From NCBI GenBank assembly GCA_002269645.1, contig NIVC01001676.1:62001-126000 (forward strand): a DNA stretch of 64,000 nt, given 5' to 3'. The translations under genes were made by a program, and so were the position numbers. Of this stretch, positions 23,026 to 34,525 are shown piece by piece; positions within the stretch are counted from its first letter, which is position 1; every line of letters begins with the position of its first letter. This DNA comes from Macrostomum lignano. Its lineage: Eukaryota. A model generated the notes under the pieces. It ran no database searches. It saw only the letters and a list, made by a program, of their open reading frames with translations, and was not told the DNA's origin.

Positions 23026-23384
23026 ATATAGCCACTGAGACACGAGCGTATACTCTAAGACAAGACAAGTAGACAACAGCGTCAGTCAACCCGTGTTCGG
23101 TGCTGTCACTTCAAATGGGTATCATTTAATAAGCGTTTTTTAGTTGCCCATCTTTAAACTTGTTTACAACTTCTCTGATTTACCGATGTACAAAAAATAC
23201 TTGCTATATTACTAGTTTTGAAATTCTAGGTTTCTTATTTTAATTTCACAAGTAAAAAAGAATTTAGTAGATCCAGTTGAAAGCGTCTTTCAAATAAAAT
23301 CTGGTTATTTTTATTTATTTGTGCATTCGCATATCTTAAACTCGAATTGAGACACGATGATGACATTGGGTCATGGAGACAAAG

Positions 23385-24603
23385 ACATGAGATCATAGAG
23401 GGTCATAAAGACATGAACATGGGGTCATTGAGGCAATGCACAGGGTCATAGAGGCAATGCATTTGGTTATAGAGGCAATGCATAGGGTCATAGAGGCAAT
23501 GCATATGGTTATAGAGGCAATGCATAGGGTCATAGAGGCAATGTATAGGGTCAAAAGCAATGTATAGGATCATAAAGGCAAGGCTTAGGATCATAGAGGA
23601 AATGTATATGGTCATTGAGGCAATGCATATGGTCATAGAGGCAGGGCATAGGGTCATTAAGGCAAGGCATAGGGTCATAGAGGCAGGGCATAGGGTCATT
23701 GAGGCAGGGCATAGGGTCATAGAGGCAAGGCATAGGGTCATAGCGGCAATGTATAGGGTCAAAAGCAATGCATAGGATCATAAAGGCAAGGCTTAGGATC
23801 ATAGAGGAAATGTATATGGTCATTGAGGCAATGCATAGGGTCATAGAGGCAATGCATAAGGTCATAGAGGCAAGGCATAGGGTCATAGAGGCAAGGCATA
23901 GGGTCATAGAGGCAATGCATAAGGTCATAGAGGCAAGGCATAGGGTCATAGAGGCAAGGCATAGGGTCATAGAGGCAATGCATAAGGTCATAGAGGCAGG
24001 GCATAGGGTCATAGAGGCAGGGCATAGGGTCATTGAGGCAGGGCATAGGGTCATTGACGCAATGTATATCGTCATTGAGGCAATGCATATGCTCATAGAG
24101 GCAGGGCATAGGGTCATTGAGGCAAGGCATAGGGTCATAGAGGCAGGGCATAGGGTCATAGAGGCAAGGCATAGGGTCATAGCGGCAATGTATAGGGTCA
24201 AAAGCAATGCATAGGATCATAAAGGCAAGGCTTAGGATCATAGAGGAAATGTATATGGTCATTGAGGCAATGCATATGGTCATAGAGGCAGGGCATAGGG
24301 TCATTAAGGCAAGGCATAGGGTCATAGAGGCAGGGCATAGGGTCATTGAGGCAGGGCATAGGGTCATTGACGCAATGTATATCGTCATTGAGGCAATGCA
24401 TAAGGTCATAGAGGCAAGGCATAGGGTCATAGAGGCAATGCATAAGGTCATAGAGGCAAGGCATAGGGTCATAGAGGCAAGGCATAGGGTCATAGAGGCA
24501 ATGCATAAGGTCATAGAGGCAAGGCATAGGGTCATAGAGGCAAGGCATAGGGTCATAGAGGCAATGCATAAGGTCATAGAGGCAAGGCATAGGGTCATAG
24601 AGG
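23385..24603. repeat. 21-bp minisatellite (GCATAGGGTCATAGAGGCAAG-like) with higher-order blocks
   Basis: Read directly; marker CAAAAGCAATG at 23552, 23760 and 24199. Confidence 0.95.
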
Positions 24604-24719
24604 CCACTGTCAGACAGACCATAAAGATATGGTTCATACAGATAGGAACTGATAGTTGGGTGGATATCTAACAGCATGTATCGCAATGCCGCCTGTAATT
24701 GCATGTTCCAGCCTCCAAG

Positions 24720-24992
24720 ATGTTCAGCAGCGGTAACAACATGGAGAAGCACCTGTTTAACTTGAAATTCGCCGCCAAAGACTTGGAGCGAAACGCTAAG
24801 AAATGCGAGAAAGACGAAAAGGTTGAGAAGAACAAGCTGAAAACGGCTATTCAGAAGGGCAACATGGAAGGCGCGAAGATTCACGCCGAGAATTCCATAC
24901 GGCAGAAAAATCAGGCGCTCAATTATCGCCGCATGGCCTCGAGAATTGACGCCGTGGCCGCTCGGGTGCAGACTGCCGTCACCACCAAACAG
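24720..24992 (+). CDS. CHMP1B: ESCRT-III charged multivesicular body protein 1b, exon 1
   Basis: MFSSGNNMEKHLFNLKFAAKDL...IQKGNMEGAKIHAENSIRQKNQA...RVQTAVTTKQ closely matches CHMP1B; CAG|GTGGGC donor; start ATG could also be 24741. Confidence 0.93.
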
Positions 24993-25089
24993 GTGGGCCT
25001 TGGTGGATGAGAGGGCTGGCTTGAGTAGGTTAAGTAGGTGGAGGTCGGGTTGTACAACTGTTGACAGGCATTTGTAGATTGAGTAGATG

Positions 25090-25460
25090 AGTATACAGGT
25101 ATTAGTATATTTTGTAGACAGACATTGGTAGATTAGGTAGACAGCTATCGGTAAATTGGGTAGACAGGCATTTTTAGGTTGGGTAGACAAGCATTGGTAG
25201 GTTGGGTAGACGGCATAAGTAGGTTGGGTAGACAGACATTGGTAGATTAGGTAGACAGGTATTGGTAGGTTGGGTAGACAGGCATCGGTAGGTTGGGTAG
25301 ACAGGCATCGGTAGGTTGGGTAGACAGGCATTTTCAGGTTGGGTAGACAGGCAAAAGTAGGTTGGTTAGACAGACATTGGTAGGCTGGGTAGACAGACAT
25401 TGGTAGGCTCGGTAGACAGACATTGGTAGGCTAGGTAGACAGACATTGGTAGGTTGGGTA
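25090..25460. repeat. 23-bp minisatellite (GGTAGGTTGGGTAGACAGGCATC)n, CHMP1B intron 1
   Basis: Read directly. Confidence 0.9.
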
Positions 25461-25555
25461 GAGCAGAGTGTATCCATCTACTCTACTACCCTGAAGTACG
25501 CAATAACACTACTGAAAGAAGAATCTAAACTGGACATCCATAACCGGCCCAACAG

Positions 25556-25849
25556 GTCACCAAGAGCATGGCCGGCGTGGTGAAGGGCATGGAGGCGGCC
25601 ATGAAGAGCATGAACCTGGAGCAGATCTCCCAGCTGATGGACAGATTCGAACGCGAATTCGAAAATCTCGACGTCCAATCGCAGGTGATGGAGGGCACCA
25701 TGTGCAACACATCCACCCTGACTGCGCCCGAGGGCGAGGTGAACATGCTGATGCAGGAGGCCGCCGACGAGGCCGGCATCGAGATCAAGATGCAGCTGCC
25801 CGATGGCGGCAAATCCACCGTTGGCACCGCCACCGCCAGCGGCGAACAG
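25556..25849 (+). CDS. CHMP1B: CHMP1B exon 2
   Basis: VTKSMAGVVKGMEAAMKSMNLEQISQLMDRFE...LMQEAADEAG...ASGEQ; CAACAG acceptor, CAG|GTTGGT donor. Confidence 0.94.
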
Positions 25850-25869
25850 GTTGGTCATCCTGGCTTGTC

Positions 25870-25910
25870 TAGTTAGTTAGTTTAGTCAGTTAGTTAGTCA
25901 GTTAGTTAGC

Positions 25911-25966
<56 letters not shown>

Positions 25967-25988
25967 CAGTTAGTTAGTTAGTTTAGTC

Positions 25989-26037
<49 letters not shown>

Positions 26038-26041
26038 AGTC

Positions 26042-26100
<59 letters not shown>

Positions 26101-26316
26101 CAGTTAATTAGTCAGTTAGTTAGTCAGTTAGTTAGTTAGCTAGCTAGTTAGTTAGTTAGTTAGTCAGTTAGTTAGTCAGTTAGTTAGTTAGTTAGTTTGT
26201 TAGTCAGTTAGTTAGTTAGTTAGTCAGTTAGTTAGTTAGTCAGTTAGTTAGTTAGTTAGTTAGCTAGCTAGTTAGTTAGTTAGTTAGTTAGTTAGTCAGT
26301 TAGTTAGTTAGCTAGC

Positions 26317-26356
<40 letters not shown>

Positions 26357-26396
26357 CAGTTAGTTAGTTAGTTAGTCAGTTAGTTAGTTAGCTAGC

Positions 26397-26432
<36 letters not shown>

Positions 26433-26553
26433 CAGTTAGTTAGTTAGCTAGCTAGTTAGTCAGTTAGTTAGTTAGTCAGTTAGTTAGTCAGTTAGTTAGT
26501 TTGTCAGTTAGTTAGTCAGTTAGTTAGTCAGTTAGTTAGTCAGTCAGTTAGTC

Positions 26554-26584
<31 letters not shown>

Positions 26585-26886
26585 CAGTTAGTTAGTCAGT
26601 TAGCTAGTCAGTTAGTTAGTCAGTTAGTTAGTCAGTCAGTTAGTTGGTTAGTTAGTTAGTCAGTTAGTTAGTCAGTCAGTTAGTTGGTTAGTTAGTTAGT
26701 CAGTTAGTTAGTCAGTTAGTCAGTCAGTTAGTTAGTTAGTTAGTTAGGTAGTCAGTCAGTTAGTTAGTCAGTCAGTCAGTCAGTCAGGCCAGACAATCAG
26801 TCAGTCAGGCAGTCAGTCAGTCAGTCAGTCAGTCAGTCAGTCAGGCAGTCAGTCAGTCAGTCAGTCAGGCAGTCAGTCAGTCAGTT
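25870..26886. repeat. (GTTA)n grading into (GTCA)n microsatellite, CHMP1B intron 2
   Basis: Read directly. Confidence 0.96.
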
Positions 26887-26948
26887 AACCCTAAGGAAAG
26901 GCCCCCATCGGCAGTGGTCTGATGCAACACTGAATTCCCTAATTCCAG

Positions 26949-26990
26949 GACGAGCTGTCGCAGCGCTTGGCCGCACTGCGTCAGAACTGA
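26949..26990 (+). CDS. CHMP1B: CHMP1B last exon
   Basis: TTCCAG|DELSQRLAALRQN* equals the CHMP1 MIM1 motif DELSQRLARLR. Confidence 0.92.
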   Translation, partial: DELSQRLAALRQN

Positions 26991-27529
26991 TTGGCCAATG
27001 GGGTTCGGCCACGCGAAGAACTCTGTGTACTTTCGCACCAACCCAATCGGTTTCATTAATTTGTCATTGAATTCGTAAAACAGATTTTACGGTTGACGCA
27101 GTTCTCCTAATTATAATTTCGTTTTATTTTAATTACTAAAAGACTGTGTATGAATATGAATATGACCTGTATAACATAAGTTTGTATTGATTGTATATTG
27201 CTCATTTATCATATGCATGCATATTTATATATTCTGGATAGCGCTGGCTCTGCCCAGCTAAAAGAACCAGTTTTAAGTTATTACTCAGATTTAAGTAAAA
27301 CAAATATTTACCTTCTGAATATACTGCAATCTGCTTTCCGTTATCTGTTTTGTCTATTTTCAAAAAACTAATAAACGCTATCAATAGAAGATGAGTTAAG
27401 TTGCTTAATTTTTTAACGCGTCATTGCTGCGGTATGCTCGCACGCGGTTATTATAGAATTGCGTTTTTTGATACTTTTGACTACCATTTATTTAATCGCA
27501 ACATTGTGAAACTAAAAGGCATCTTTTGA

Positions 27530-28150
27530 AAAAATCGCCCTATCCGCCCCGGAGGATCGCTTCAATCCACACCGGAGAATCCCCAATATACACCGGAGAA
27601 TCGCCCCAAACCACACCGGAGAATCGCCCCAATCCACACCGGAGAATCGCCCCAATCCACACAGGAGAATCGCCCCAATTCACACTGATAAATCGCCCCA
27701 ATCCACACTGATAAATCGCCCCAATCCACACTGGAGAGTCGCCCCAATCCACACTGATAAATCGCCCCAATCCACACTGATAAATCGCCCCAATCCACAC
27801 TGATAAATCGCCCCAATCCACACGGAGAATCGCCCCAATCCACACTGGAGAATCGCCCCAATTCACACTGATAAATCGCCCCAATCCACACGGAGAATCG
27901 CCCCAATCCACACTGGAGAATCGCCCCAATTCACACTGATAAATCGCTCCAATCCACCGGAGAATCGCCCCAATCCACACTGATAAATCGCCCCAATCCA
28001 CTTTTGGGCGATCCACTCCATTGCCGATAAATGTGCAATCCACTTTTGCACACCGGAGAATCGCCCAAATCCACACCGGAGAATCGCCCCAATCCACACC
28101 GGAGAATCGCCCAAATCCACACCGGAGAATCGTTCAATCCACTCCGGAGA
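27530..28150. repeat. 23-bp minisatellite (AATCGCCCCAATCCACACCGGAG)n between the convergent CHMP1B and PDIA3 3' ends
   Basis: Period 23 at 27601, 27624 and 27647; CTGATA variant block. Confidence 0.92.
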
Positions 28151-29106
28151 ATCGCATTGACTGCTTTGATTTTTTTTATCTTATAAACAGTTGTAGTCAA
28201 ACGAAATCGATTTTAAGATGACTGCATCGATTCAGCTTGGGTCGCCCTCAATAAAATAGTATCTAGGCCTTCAAAACTATATTTAAGAAACGGAAAAACG
28301 ACCGTCCAGGTTTTAAATGCAGCGCATCAATCAGAATCCAGGGCGGATCAATTGTTGTACTTGTTGTTTGCGCTGATAGAAATTTAAGGTGAGGCATCGG
28401 TTCGCCGATTCGGTTCGATTTTATTTATAAATTTGACGCAATTGTGATTTTGTACTAGCTTGTAACTTTAGTAACAATAAATATGATAAATAATAAACAA
28501 TAACTCGCTTTAGGCACACAACACGCTGGCAAATAAACAGAATCGACAACCATTGCAGAGATGTAAAATAGCAATTAGATAGTAGAAAAATTTCTATAGT
28601 CATAAACTGCGTGCTGCTATGCTTACCAGAAACCGGGGATTAACAGTGGGTTAAGAATAATTTATGCTAATTATATAACCAGCTATGCAGCTACAGCTTC
28701 AACCAAACACGGACAGGCAGACAGTTATATAGAGAGAAAAGGTACAACAAAGAGCTAGAAAAACAAAGACAGAAAAATGGTTGATATTTTTGATTGAAAT
28801 TGGCTCGCAGACCCGGGGATAAGTGAGTGAACAGGAAGTTGCTGCTGTCGCGGTGATTAATGTAAGCGATAAACATAGGCATCCAGTTTGGCAGATTATC
28901 TTGGATCTGTATTAACAGTCTAAAAGGATATCGTGAATTATGTTACTAAGCACTGGTAGGCAACAGAATGGATTGATTAGCATAAATTTGTCTTTGTTTT
29001 CAAATAACAGTGAGCAGTGGTTTGAGTAGCGCGGCGATGGAAGCCAGTGGTTGCCAGTAGTGAATGACAGCACAGCTAATAGAGATGTCAATCAATCAGA
29101 CAGGCC

Positions 29107-29581
29107 TTACAGGTCCTGCTTTTTCCTGTTGCCAGCCCGGTCGTAGCCGCGCAGCTCATCGGTGGCCTCCTTGGCCAGGTAGGTGATGAAGTCGTTCACC
29201 TCGCGGCCGCCCTGGTACTGCTTCGGCTGCGACTTGCCGCCCTTCGGCGCGAAGTAGATCGTCGGGAAGCCGCGCACATCGTAAGGCGGCGGCACGTCGT
29301 TGGCGGTGGCGTCCATCTTGGCGATGACCAGGTCGGTCTCGCCGGACAGTTTCTCGGCCAGCTCGTCGTATTTCGGGGCCAGGGATTTGCAGTGGCCGCA
29401 CCAGGGCGCGTAGAACTCGATCAGCACGTCCTTGGTGGGGTCGTTGACCAGCTTGTCGAAGTTCTTGGCTACGGCAATCTTCACCGGGGCAGACTGGGAC
29501 TCGGGCTCCGGCTCCGACTTCAGGTAGGGCGTGAGCCGTCCGGCCTGCATGTCGGTCAGGAAAGCGTCGAACGCGTCCATG
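29107..29581 (-). CDS. PDIA3: Protein disulfide-isomerase A3 (ERp57), exon 4
   Basis: [10 protein letters not shown]...[23 protein letters not shown]...[16 protein letters not shown]...[11 protein letters not shown]...RKKQDL*; CCCGCAG acceptor. Confidence 0.95.
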
Positions 29582-30267
29582 CTGCGGGAATTGAAATTTG
29601 TCATTTTTTAGTTTTTTTTAAATGCTCCAATCAGACTACTGCCGCGGCAGGGTGAGTAGAAAGTATGGAGTTTTAATTCAATATTTATGAATCAATACCC
29701 AAAGGCTGAGTCATGATAAACATAGCCAGGTAAACTGTATTAAAGAGCAAGGAGACAAAAGCCTCCCCAGGACTACCGTGGGGGCGGGCGGCGGACTACC
29801 AGCTGTTGCAAATTCGTTTGCGACGCGTGGCACAGGATTAAGAATGGGGTCAGCAATGTCTATTTCTTGAATTTTATTAGTCAGCAAAAATGCATGCCGG
29901 GAGAGGGGGGCAGTTAGAGGCAAACCGGCAGAAATTGCACGTTCCAATGAGCAAAAATTCACCTGTGCGAAAATGCATTAAGAACGCATAACTTCCTTTG
30001 TACGAAATGGTTCCGCCGACACACAATTTTTCCCTTTGTGAAAATATACAGGCATGAAGCATTTAATAATTCTGGTTATGAAGGCAACCCGGATCACCAC
30101 TAGATTAAGAAAATTCTCCAAAAAATACAATGAATAAAACTAAGAGAAAAGTCTTACAACTTTGACGCGCGACCCTGGCTGTTTAAGAAATAAAATAATT
30201 GGCATGGCGATCACAGTTACCGGTAGAGTTGTTTGTTTTGTTGGTGAAATAACACAAAGAAGCAAGC

Positions 30268-30430
30268 GATCGGGCAAGGAGGCGAGGCAATAGGGCAAGG
30301 AGCCTGGGCGATGGGGCAAGGAGGCTGGGCGATGGAGCAAGGAGGCTGGGCGATAGGGAAGGAGCCTGGGCGATGGGGCAAGGAGGCTGGGCGATAGGGA
30401 AGGAGCCTGGGCGATGGGGCAAGGAGGCAG
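30268..30430. repeat. 21-bp minisatellite (GGGCGATGGGGCAAGGAGCCT)n, PDIA3 intron 3
   Basis: Read directly. Confidence 0.88.
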
Positions 30431-30450
30431 GGTGACTCAAAGGCACTCAC

Positions 30451-30750
30451 GTGAAATCCTCGGCCATCTTAAACTTCTGGCCCTTGTCATTCTTGGCGGC
30501 CACGTAAACTTTCTGCTCGTCGGGCGAGTCGACGCCAAACTCAGACAGCTCGAAACTCATGGCCTTGCTGTTGGCAACTGAGAAGTGCAGGCCGGTGCCG
30601 GTGTACTTCTTAGCGACCTTCATGATGCGATTGCGCCAGTAGTTCGTGCCCTTGGGATTGCGCTCGTAGTCAACACCGTAGTAGGCCGTGACCAGGGGCT
30701 GCTTGAAGTACTTGCTGTTGCCCGAGGTGCGGTGGCCCACCATGCCGTAG
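30451..30750 (-). CDS. PDIA3: PDIA3 exon 3
   Basis: YGMVGHRT...AYYGVDYERNPKGTNYWRNRIMKVAKK matches PDIA3 [21 protein letters not shown]; canonical sites with consistent phases. Confidence 0.95.
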
Positions 30751-30784
30751 CTGGATGAGGGAACGGGGTGGACGCTGTGGTCAG

Positions 30785-31350
30785 CCAAACTATTTTCCTG
30801 AAAGCTTAAAACTTTCCCACAAAGTTTAAAACTTCCCCGCAAAGCTCAAAACTTCCCCACAAAGCTCAAAACTTCCCCACAAAGCTCGAAACTTCCCCAC
30901 AAAGCTCAAAACTTCCCCTCAAAACTGCCACACAGAGCTCCAAACTTCCTCGCAAAGCTCAAAACTTCCCAACAAAGCTCAAAACTTCCCAACAAAGCTC
31001 AAAACTTCCCCACAAAGCTCAAAACTTCCCCACAAAGCTCAAAACTTCCCCACAAAGCTCAAAACTTCACCACAAAGCTCGAAACTTCCCCTCAAAACTG
31101 CCACACAGAGCTCCAAACTTCCTCGCAAAGCTCAAAACTTCCCAACAAAGCTCAAAACTTCCCAACAAAGCTCAAAACTTCCCAACAAAGCTCAAAACTT
31201 CCCAACAAAGCTCAAAACTTCCCAACAAAGCTCAAAACTTCCCAACAAAGCTCAAAACTTCCCAACAAAGCTCAAAACTTCCCAACAAAGCTCAAAACTT
31301 CCCAACAAAGCTCAAAACTTCCCCACAAAGCTCAAAACTTCTCTGCAAAG
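30785..31350. repeat. 20-bp minisatellite (CAAAGCTCAAAACTTCCCAA)n, PDIA3 intron 2
   Basis: Read directly; an internal block of about 173 bp is duplicated (30921 and 31094). Confidence 0.93.
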
Positions 31351-31407
31351 CTAAAAAAATTTACGCTGGAACTCATAAGGTCCAGCTGTTTGCAACCAAA
31401 AGCTCAC

Positions 31408-31962
31408 ATGTTAGCCTCAATCCAGGCGCGCAGAGCTCCGGAGTCCATGGCGCCACTGTAGGCCAGTTTGTTGTCCTCAAACTTACTCTGCAGCACAGTT
31501 GGCCGCATAATCACAACCTGATCGTTGAAGCCGAATTTCGAGTTGATGTCAGCCGAGACGCTGTGGGCAAAGGCGAAATCCTCGCTCAGAGAGTCGGCAG
31601 CCTGCTTGAAGGCGGACAGGCCGCTGGCCGACTCGCTAGAGAAGAAGGCGACCACAAATGGCTCCTGTCCGGCCATCAGCTTGTCCAGGCCGCTGGCGTC
31701 TTTCAGCAGCCGGCTGGAGGGCCCGGCCTTGGACTTCATGTACTTCACGATGCCGTCCGCCTCGCGCGGCCCGTTGTAGTCAGAGGAGACCTCGCCGTTC
31801 TTGAAGATTTTCAGCGTGGGATAGCCGCTCACTCCGTATTTGCCGCACACGGCAGTCTCGGCTGTGCAGTCAACTTTCACCAGCGGTACAGGCGGATCGC
31901 TCGACTTCAACCGGGTGGCCGCCTCCTCGTACTGGGGCGCCAGGCGCTTGCAGTGGCCGCAC
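31408..31962 (-). CDS. PDIA3: PDIA3 exon 2
   Basis: (W)CGHCKRLAPQYEEAATRLKSSDPPVPLVKVDCTAET..CGKYGVSGYPTLKIFKNG..YNGPREADGIVKYM. Confidence 0.95.
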
Positions 31963-34215
31963 CTGACCGGAGATTAGCAATGTAGATTTCAGTCACTTTC
32001 AGTCACTATCAATTTTGGCACCAAATAGCATGCAGAAAAAACTATTCAGAAGTTGGTTAATAATTGTAATCACTGTGAGCTCAGGATTACGTCCCATGTT
32101 AGCATCATGCATTTGTGTGTGAAAAATGTTTTAGTCAATATATTTTGCTTAATTTTAAACACATTACAAAAAGGTTAATGATGTCTCAAAAGGTTAAAAC
32201 GATTCCTAGGAACTTACAGAGCTATACTTAATTTTAAAGGCTTAAAATGTATAAAATGTATAACACCCCCATGGCTAGCTAGTTTTTAAAAATTTCAAGC
32301 ATATAAAGGAAGCATTATAATTTTGATCTTGGCTTAGATTTAACTTTTTGGTCCAAAACAAAATTTTGGGCTAATTCCCCCTCTCTTACAAGAATAACTA
32401 TATACTGATAGCATATGAATATCTGCCACAAAATTTCTTACATTTTGGTGCCATGTTGCACCATTGCAAAATTTATTATATCTAGTGCCATGCCACACTA
32501 TGAATTGGTAATAAAAATTCAGGTTTGAAGTTGTTTTTTTGGCCTTTATTTTTTATGTTTAGTACTATATACTAGCTAGGGTAGGTGTTTGCCAGTATCC
32601 AGAATTTTTTTTATTTCCCCCAGGTAGGGTTACGAAGTTTAAATAGAGTAATTATCTTGGCAGTGGGGCCCAGTGAGTTTTCTTATCAGTTGGCTTTGGC
32701 ACAATCATTAAAATTGGTGTGAAGTTTCTTGCTGCACACAGGCTAATAAAAAAATACAGTGAAAAACCTATTTAAAATAGTTTTTCAAATATTTAATCTA
32801 TTTAGAAATGAGCTACAGCTTAATAAAAATACATGTACCATCCCAGGCACATTTGACATCTTTTGGCAAAAAACTGTGAAAATTGGTTGAGCCATTTGGG
32901 AGATAATTGATTGCATACAAATATACAAGATTTTCATTTCATAGAATACTAGACTAGAAGATTAGAAGCTTAATAGTAATATAAGCCTTTAAGTCTTTAT
33001 AGAGCTTTAAAAAGTTGTTTAGAAATTAGCAAGTGCATTTTACATTTAGATATTTCAATTTTCTCTTTTTATAGCATCTTGACATTGTTATTTTAGTGTA
33101 ACACAATTTAAAACTAAAAGTTTGCCTTTGCCAAAGTTTTTCTAGTGCCACAATTTAGCAATATATGTCTGTTGCATAATACTTATAGCAATACCTCTAT
33201 AAGATTTAAAATTGAATTACAATAAGGACTTTTGGCCTTTGGCCTTTCCTAATTAAGAAAAATCTTAGATTCTACTATTGATGCTTTATACTCAAAAGGT
33301 AGATTTCACCAATTATTTTAGTATTGTAAAACAAGTGAAGTTTGAGATTGCAAGGAAAACCAACTTGGCGCTTAGGCCTAACAATCCATATATTTTATAA
33401 GCCAAAGATTGAGGTGGGGTTTGGGTATTGCACACACATGGGTACAACCGCATGTTGCAAACAACTACCCCCCATACGCAAGCATGTACAAATAGGACTA
33501 CGAATAACATTAGAATATTTAGGTGCATAGAATGCTCACAGTATAAATTAGTTATTTTTCTAGTATATGCACTTGACATAAAAGAAAAATGAGGGCCTGC
33601 AACTTAGTGCAATTGGTATAAAAACTATGTAGTTAGATATATATATTAATTTGCAATAATATAAGAATTTTACTAATTTTATTACAAATTCTTATCTTTA
33701 TATTTTTAGAAATCTTTTTGTTATAGTTATATTACCTTTAAGACAATCATTAATTTTAATAGGCCCTATGAATTTAAAAGATTGCTTAGACTTTGAATTC
33801 AATTCTCTGTTTGCTATTTGCTATTCACTAGAAGCTAGGACCTATTATTATTAATATACAAATAAATCATTTTTTAATTATAAAGTTAATAAACTATTCT
33901 TTCAACTGTTTTTAGGATATGGCAACTCTAAGTGCAAGTGTATAATGCAAAGAGTACATTTTTGATGCATGGTGCATATGCATGAGGAAAAAACAGGGGG
34001 CATTTCTTCTAGAAGTTCTAGCACACTGCACACATAGTACCCTTTTTTGACATCTATGGCTAATGTTATCAAACAATAGTTTCATATTACAAAACATTAA
34101 AAGTAAAAAATATTATCATAAAACAAAATAACAAAATAAGATACTACTACTTCTTATTTAATTCCAATGAGACTTTAGAGATGTGCACCTGTGTTATGCT
34201 TTCTAGAAAACTTAC

Positions 34216-34358
34216 CATGGAGCATAAAATTCCACAAGAGCAATTTCAAGGTCCTTAATTCGGGAATCAAAATTAGCATCTGTGAACTCCAGAACATCTG
34301 AAGCCAAAGTGGTAGAAGCTAGGGCTACAAAAATCAAAATTGAAAAAGATCGAACCAT
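34216..34358 (-). CDS. PDIA3: PDIA3 exon 1 (signal peptide and start of the thioredoxin a domain)
   Basis: MVRSFSILIFVALASTTLASDVLEFTDANFDSRIKDLEIALVEFYAP(W); TG|GTAAGT donor; four exons total 1473 nt, 490 aa plus stop. Confidence 0.93.
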
Positions 34359-34506
34359 TTTACTTTCGTAATTTTCTCAACTTTAGAACAATTTTGTTCG
34401 CAACTCCTGATAACTTAATTAAGGTTAAATAATTTAGAAAAAATGTGTCAAAATATAGACTGCGATTTGTAACACGCGTAAGAACCGTATTCAAATATAG
34501 CGGCAA

Positions 34507-34525
34507 AATGGCATCGTCTGATTGG
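34507..34525 (-). promoter_or_regulatory. CCAAT box in an ERSE-like arrangement (CCAAT-N9-CCATT) upstream of PDIA3
   Basis: CCAATCAGACGATGCCATT on the sense strand, about 150 nt upstream of the ATG. Confidence 0.35.

Noticed and set aside
23403-24671. Coiled-coil-like or Cys/Met-rich repeat ORFs (HRVIEAR; YDPMPCL)
   Set aside because: A 21-bp unit keeps frames open on both strands; there is no splice or homology support
32690-32965. Possible Helitron-like 3' end (…ATACTAG) in PDIA3 intron 1
   Set aside because: I could not identify a subterminal hairpin or a 5' TC end, so there is no support without a library search
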